From Trichoplax adhaerens (lineage: Eukaryota > Animalia > Placozoa), in the NCBI RefSeq assembly GCF_000150275.1, contig NW_002060944.1, positions 9,450,556-9,514,555 of the forward strand: DNA of 64,000 nucleotides. Reading direction: 5' to 3'. Shown one piece after another: positions 51,353 to 64,000 of the stretch. Position numbers and translations under genes: made by a program. Position 1 is the stretch's first letter; each line of letters starts with the position of its first letter. Under the pieces are notes generated by a model. The model made no database searches. It was not told the DNA's origin and worked only from the letters and a program-made list of their open reading frames with translations.

Positions 51353-54300
51353 ATGAGTGAGGTAAGCAACAGATCGACAGGTATCATCCATTCAACCATA
51401 TTTAAGAATGAAATGGGCTGGGGGTAGTTATGAAATCATGTGTAGACTGCTCTTCGCTCAATACTGTAACTTGACAATCGATAGCGTCGTCTTGGGTCTA
51501 CTCGTTATCATCTTGGGATTAATCATGCATGGAATGGATCAATTGGCTTGTTAGGGCTGAGGATGCTTGCTATGCCAGGCGATTCTTCCGCTTATCCATT
51601 GCCAAGTTACGACAGTTTGATACACTGTGTTGGTCCATAGATAGCTTGGAGAAGGCGTCATTGAACCCCATGGCGATAGATCTTTTCCGCATCGATCCAC
51701 AACGATCGTGACTAGCGTATTTCAGTCGAAAACACCATCAGGACATCATCGATCACTAACCTCCAATCAACTCCATGATAGAGAGTTGTTTCTACACTTT
51801 TATAGTTGATAGCTTGTTAATTGCAACATCTCTTTTTAAAGCAAGCAAGAAATGGCAGATTAAAACTAGACTCAAATACTTGTTCAGTCAAGTTTGCACA
51901 ATTCAATGTACTGTCTACAAGTCCTTTCAAATTGAAATAATTAATCCAATATTAGTACGCTAAAATTCGGGCGTTAATGAAGTAGTAGAATACCAACATG
52001 ATAAGGATGAATACAACGATCTCGCAATGCTATGAAAGTAATCCTTTTCATCATTTATTAATAGTATTGAAACTGATAGCAATACATCTGCTTGCAGAAT
52101 TCAATGTTGTGATCGGTTGCATAGTATCTAGCCGGTAATGATCGGGGGCAGAATACATAAACTGCACGTTAATTAGGACGGCGATAAAAGATATCCGATA
52201 CGTACAACTGATGGCATGACTATTTATTCAATCAAGTATTAATGCCTCTTTTCTGGCAACACAATATCGTTCAATCTGCAAAGAGTTCTCTTACTTTGGC
52301 TTATTTCTGTGAAAAGATGCCTTGAGTAATCATCACAAGCAAAGCTTCATTATGAAATTTCTGACTCGCAACTCCATTAAATGAATTGGTGGTAGCCAAC
52401 TACGAGTATAAATGGACATAATACACATGTACATCAATGATGCGCGTATAGTAACATACCATCTTAATGAATTAGCCGTCAAAGCTGCGATCATGGACGA
52501 CCAATGAGAAAAATTGTCTATAACTGCATACCTTTCCAACGTATACACACTGTTGATTAATGCTAACGCTTGCCAAATTGATTGGTAGAATCCTTTGTCA
52601 CTGATATACAATAAAACAAAAGTCAGAGTTACCGAGGGCTTCTGGTGTTGAAGACACTAATAATAATAATTAATTAAATTCCATTAGGACCCTAGTGTAT
52701 TGAGAAGACGAATTATACCACAAATAGTCTGTAATATCCTAGTGTAGCTCTAATTACAGCCTTATCAAGTTTGAACTGCAGCAGTGTAAAAGATGAATTG
52801 TAGTACATGCATCATGCGACAGAAACTCTTTCGTCCGCTTACCATTTGACTTTGAGAACGTACAGTATGCACGTATGTACAATATAAATCTAATCAATTA
52901 TTTTTGGTTTGCTTATTTAATTTAGTTTCCGGTAGAAAGTATCCTAACAAACGATCAGATTAAAAGTAAGTATAATATTTAGACGTTCTTCTTCATAATT
53001 AATACCGCGTATTGCCTGCTACATTAGTATGTTTAATTGATGATATTGTTGTCGCTTCCTTCAAATACGGACGTAATTCAGATTTTGTAATTCGCAATGC
53101 TGGGCTTTTTACTGGCAAAGCTAGATTAGTGTCTATAGTACTGGTAGTAAACAGAAGGCGAATAGTTTTGTAATACTTTGAATATAAAATGGTTAATAAT
53201 TATAGGATCATTTCTTTGATATTAGCAGTCAAGATGATCGTTCAATTTTGCAATCATTTCTTATTCACTTACTGAACGTAAATTAGGATACAAAATAGTT
53301 TCCTAATGATCCTATTACTATTGCAGCAGTACTTTTTAGAGGAACTTTCTTTCTGCTGAGATAATTTCTGTCTTTATTATAAGTCATAAATGTTTCGCTA
53401 AATGGTCTCAGTAACATCGTAAACGCGATCATGTTGTGCTTTCAATTCCATAAGAATACATGAATACCCTGAAATGTATAAACGAAATGTGATATCGACT
53501 AGACACTAATTAGTATTCTCCAGGCAATCATATCTTATTGTACATCAATTAAATTTAGATCTGCACATTGCCTTCGATAAGCGAGATGAAGGCAAAAAAG
53601 GTGCCGTTCCTCCGGAAAAAATTACGGATTTAATCAAGGAAGTTTTTGGCCCACCTCTAAATGGCACTTTAATTGGTTATGCGAAGGACCTAAGCAAAAA
53701 CCTTTCTGAAAATGGTCAAGAGATTTTAAAATATTTAGCGCTTGTTTTACAACTAAATTATTAAACAGTGTCAAGTTAAGTCAAGCACAGAATCAATAGG
53801 AATTAAAATTTACTTCTTCTTTCCATTAGGTGGTTTATCGTATGAAAATTTTATAGTGGTTGTGAAACATTTAATGTTTGAGACAACGCGCTGGGGAGTC
53901 CTAAAGACGGCACCTGAAAGGCCTATTGGACTGGATAGTATTCAGGATCAAGTCAAGCAGAAATTGCTTCGTTTTGGATTAACATTCAATATTATGATAG
54001 TAGGTCGGTATCTTTTCCTTCTGAATAAATTGTGCAATGTAGATTGACTGGTATGATCGGATCTTTGTTTCTAGGTTCTTCTGGCTTGGGTAAATCCACT
54101 ATGATGAACACATTGTTCAAGAGCAAAGTGAATCGATGGATGGCATCAGATACTAGTCAAGAGCCAATAATTCCGCCAACTGTAGAAATTAAGACTATTT
54201 CTCACGGTAGTTTTTCATAGTATCCATAGCTGTTGATAGGATACTTGATGCTCAGTTGTATAATTCTACTTCTTAATAGTAATTGAAGAGAAGAACATTC

Positions 54301-55620
54301 GTCTAAAACTAAGCATAACGGATACTCCAGGTTTTGGAGATCACGTTAACAATGTTAAATGGTAAGACATCTATATAGGCTTTTAAAGTAATTTACAGAA
54401 GTCTTTATCACTTAATAGTAATCTATTTACGAACTTTACGTCCATAGCTGGGAGCCGATTATAAAGTACATTAATGATCAGTATCAGCATTACCTAAGTG
54501 AAGAGAGACGTATTGAACGTAAACCTCGAATTCCAGACACAAGAATTCACTGTGTAATCTATTTTATTGCTCCAACTGGACATAGGTATACAATATTACG
54601 TTGTAAGCGTAGAACATAGTTGAGATACAACAATAAATAATCTGACAGCAATATTTGCTATGTACCAAAATTTCAGCCTTAGAGCTATTGATGTTGAATG
54701 TTTAAAGCGATTGGTAAAAGTTGTAAACGTGATTCCAGTTATCGCTAAAGCCGATAGCTTGACCTTGGAAGAAAGACAGGCGTTTAAAAATAGGGTTTGT
54801 ATCACTATGTGCAATCATGAAGAAGTTGGTAAAAAGTCTCATCCAGTGTAGAGTACAAATCGGATAACCTATGCTGGTGTTATCATCTAATATAGATTCG
54901 TAATGACTTTGAGAGAAATGGCATTTCTAAACTGTATCCAATGCTTCATAAAGGCCTTGAAGAAGATGAATTCCAGAAAAATAAGGCCATTAAGGTATAA
55001 TTTTGCTAAATTCAGTGTTTAATCAAGTCAATATGGAAGGATTTTCATGTTACTTTTTTCTTCGTTAGTTGGAATCCAATTTGCGTTTGCATTGTAATCA
55101 TTCTTTTTTATACCATAGAATCAACTACCATTTGCTGTGGTTGGTAGTGATCAATTTATGTCCATTAAAGGAACACCAGTCTTAGCTAGGAAAACTAGAT
55201 GGGGCACTATTGAAGGTAACAATGTCATCAGTTACTGGTATGGATTAACTATAGAGGATTAATGAGATCTGATTCGAGTGCTTTTGGTTCATTTCTCTTA
55301 CAGTTGAAAATCCAAGTCATAATGAATTTCCTCAATTTCGTGATATGCTTCTCAGGTATTGCTAACGTATTATAATGTCAATATTTGAGGATAATGCTCT
55401 ACTATTTCCATTACAATCTACTGATCAAACGTTATTTTAAGGCGTAGTGGGATGGCAAAATTGTCATCATTTACTTACTAATTATAACTACTATTAATAA
55501 AAACTTTTGGTTTATTTTGATAGGACTCACTTACATGATTTGATAGATACAACTGCTGAAGTTTACTATGAGCATTATCGTCGCAATCAACTTCAACTTG
55601 TGCAAGACGGTGATTCCTAG
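51353..55620 (+). CDS. Septin of the SEPT3/9/12 type (no C-terminal coiled coil) with an N-terminal EF-hand-like extension
   Basis: Approximate exons 51353-51361, 52926-52965, 53559-53714, 53830-54003, 54075-54207, 54280-54361, 54448-54586, 54677-54793, 54896-54993, 55119-55215, 55304-55355 and 55524-55620. Motifs FNIMIVGSSGLGKST, DTPGFGD, PDTRIHCVIYFI, VIAKADSLT, LPFAVVGS, RKTRWGTIEVENPSHNEF and YYEHYRR, then a stop after about 10 residues. Confidence 0.95.
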
Positions 55621-57961
55621 ATCTTGCTTATTTTTATATGAAATACATTTATAAATTATCTAAGATTAATTCTCTTCCTAGTTTTTGTTTGTTTTTACTA
55701 AGGCTGTTAATATAAGCAAGGGTATAGCAGCCCTATAGACCTTTTGCTATCATTATCAGAAATTATAACAAAATAATTTGCATTTTTGAAATGTGGTGTA
55801 CGTTATAACCCAAACTACCGTAAATTGTTTATAATGGTACAGTAGTATGATGTGAGTCAATTGATGTTGGGGTCTCACGAAGTAGTGTACGTATATAACA
55901 TAACATTGTCCTTGATGACTTTTACACTGTATTTTTTCCTAGTTGAATCAGTAAGTACAGTATTATGAATTTAGTAATTAAAGTCACAAGTGCAGCTCTA
56001 TGTAGCTATCGTAGTTAGTAAAAATGTGTATGACTATTTTTAATTATAACATGATTGATATTACTGCAGCGCTTACTCGCGACTATAAGTTTCTTAACCA
56101 ATTAAAATGTATATTATAATTATTTGACGAGAAGTTATTTTGATTACGTAAGCAGACTTTTATAATGATACATTCATTACTGGTGATTGTCCTCTTTTGT
56201 TTAGGTATTTCCATACTTTTATGCAAACTAACTGTGGAAGTGTTAACTTCCCATTCGTTCAGATAAAACACGTACATAAGTCAAATAATTTGCTTTGCGA
56301 TTAATAGTTGAAATGTATCAAAATTTCAATCGCTGTTGCTAATGCAGAATAAAGCACTGGTGTAGGGCTTCATCATTTTGAAATAGGTATATACTGTGCT
56401 ATAAGAGAGTAAGTTGATATTCTTTCTGGTAGTAGCAATGGTAAAGTTAGTAACCACAAGAGTAAGCCAATTTTATCATTCCATTCCTAGTAATGAAATA
56501 TTTGTGAATTATTCAAGATATGTACAAACTTTACAATAACATCTTGAGGAATCTACAATGAATTTAAAGAGAATTTACGAAATACACCCAAGAAACAATT
56601 TACAGTAAATGCTTTTCGGTAGAGTATTGCATAACACCCCTCAAGGCACGTGTAGGAAAATTGCATACAAGGATTATGCATTTGCGTACACTGTATCACC
56701 TGTAACTACTGGAGCGATCGTTATGAAGCTCGTTACGGGTTTCGCAATTACAAATTTAGGCATATTTCATTAATTCGATTTTAATGGGATTATGGACAGG
56801 AGTTGCGTACACTAGACAGAGCAGTAGTCACATTACATTACCGTTATGCATTTATTATCGAGCGTTCGTTACCCAAATAGAATGCACGTACTTTGGCTAA
56901 GGTAAACAAATAACAAATCAATAATATTTGACATTTCGTAAATAAGATTAACCAAGCTGGTTGTGTTGATGCAAAACATTGACGTATCATTTTTAGACTT
57001 TACACTTAGTGAATGATCTACTGCATTATACTTTGCTTCACATTAAAAGATTATATATATTTTATAAGTGCCAGTTTATGGAGCGATACTGTATAATAAT
57101 TGAACCATTCGTTTTTCCTCAGTACAGTAGTGTTAATTTGGAGATGATTCTAATTTAATTTACTACTATACTGTATTTGTTTACTGTTTACGCTGTTTAA
57201 TTAGCGCACAATGAGCATTACGGCTTGCACATTGCTGCAGGCCTCCAGTGAGGCTTAACAGTTACCAGTAGTATTGCAAATCACAGTGCACAATACAGTA
57301 CTGTATAACCAGTATCTGCCTTGGCCTGTACTGCAGTACTGTATTGTATTGCCATCTTGTTGAACTTGTATTCAGTAGTACATCGATGGATTTTATTTTT
57401 GTTCAATTATCAGCTCTCAGCTGTTACTGCTTTACTAAACGGCCAGTTCAGTGCTACTGTTACCTTAACAAGTTGAAAACCTGTTCATGTAATAGATAAT
57501 TAGAATTATAGATGCACCGTATGGTTGGTCAGTCTGCTTTCACAGCATACTCGTATAACAACACCATCACCACCATTAGTATTGCAGTGTGACCATGTAT
57601 TTAAGACGTTATTAAGACGATGATCTACAGTGATACAGTGCTACACTGTAATGCAGTTTGGCACGGTAGAATACTGTAGATGACAAAAAAATTCGATATT
57701 TATGGACGGTGAATTTTCAAGATTAATCTAGTACAATCTACCGTAGACCCTGGTAGGATAAGAAGGTTTAAACTTGTAAACAAGGACTTGTAATGATTAA
57801 TGACATCTACTAGCTCGTGGCATGGTGGGGCTGATTTCTTTTTAGGAACCATACTGGGTTAGCCCTCTTAATTACAAGTCCCGACTACTGTAGTCCCTGC
57901 TTAAATTAAACTACTGTATACAGCACAACGGTTGTAAACAGATTGAATAAACTGAACCATT

Positions 57962-57995
57962 TTATTATTATTATTATTATTATAATATTATTATA
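57962..57995. repeat. (TTA)n microsatellite upstream of FOXK
   Basis: Direct reading. Confidence 0.85.
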
Positions 57996-58502
57996 TTATT
58001 TTTTGATAATATATTTTTTTTTATTTATCGTACAGTATTTGTTTTCTTTCTTTTGTTTAGATCAGTCCAGTCCAGTACTGTACTGTACGTACAGTACACA
58101 ATATTGTACTAGACCGTCCAGTGTACATTGTACTGTAACTTACAGTACTTTTTTGATTCTTTTACAAAACATTGCTGAAACTACTGTACTGTATTGTACT
58201 GTACAGTACAGCGTACTGTAGTCAACTGCTGCTGGTGCACTCCTGATGCTCTGTCAATGCCGAGCCAAGTTTCAATTCATATGAAGTACTGTACAGTACT
58301 TACCACTCGCACAGACTGTAAAACGTACTGTAAACTTGTACTGTAAAAGTATACAGTACAGTACATACAACCAGCACGTCACGGCTCACAACGTCGAGTT
58401 TGGAGACTTCGACCACTTCAACACACACGACATCCAACTTGCCCCACCATATCACGTTTTACTCTTGACCGCTGGACAATTGCATTGAAGACGTACCCCT
58501 GA

Positions 58503-63829
<5,327 letters not shown>

Positions 63830-64000
63830 AAAAGTTTATATTTGGCTTAAGAAATATATTTAAAATTATAGTCGTATTCAATACTACAATTTGAATGTTT
63901 CATTAATGTTAATTTGTGAAAGTTTCTAACGCATAGTTAATTAACGTCAAACGATCAAATCATGTTAACAGCTACGAGGCTAGGTATCTATAAATATTTC

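Overview
AT-rich, intron-dense animal genomic DNA with many short GT-AG introns and two assembly gaps. Gene style and the CAGTAC/TGTACA-rich tracts suggest a placozoan such as Trichoplax; this is inference, not checked. Nine protein-coding genes are supportable: KATNIP/KIAA0556 (-, runs off the left edge), an intronless-CDS CPPED1 (+), RPL3 (-), a two-exon signal peptide/EGF/transmembrane protein (-), a DIRAS/RASD-like Ras GTPase (+), NDUFB10 (-) head-to-head with MRPS22 (+), a SEPT3/9/12-type septin (+) and FOXK (+). The most interesting observations are mostly invisible in the ORF track. (1) Three small upstream exons splice in phase to give the septin an N-terminal calmodulin/myosin-light-chain-like EF-hand pair. 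(2) Palindromic CAGTACTG/TGTACA islands sit at housekeeping-gene 5' ends, usually beside a locus-private tandem duplication, and are nearly absent from the 25-45 kb stretch. (3) A spliced micro-ORF at about 35 kb reads KRR-GFSRALENNRHPSF-G-KRR, a candidate amidated neuropeptide precursor. (4) The EGF protein resembles an EGFR-ligand precursor and has an overlapping hydrophobic upstream ORF. All exon boundaries were read by eye and no searches were run.
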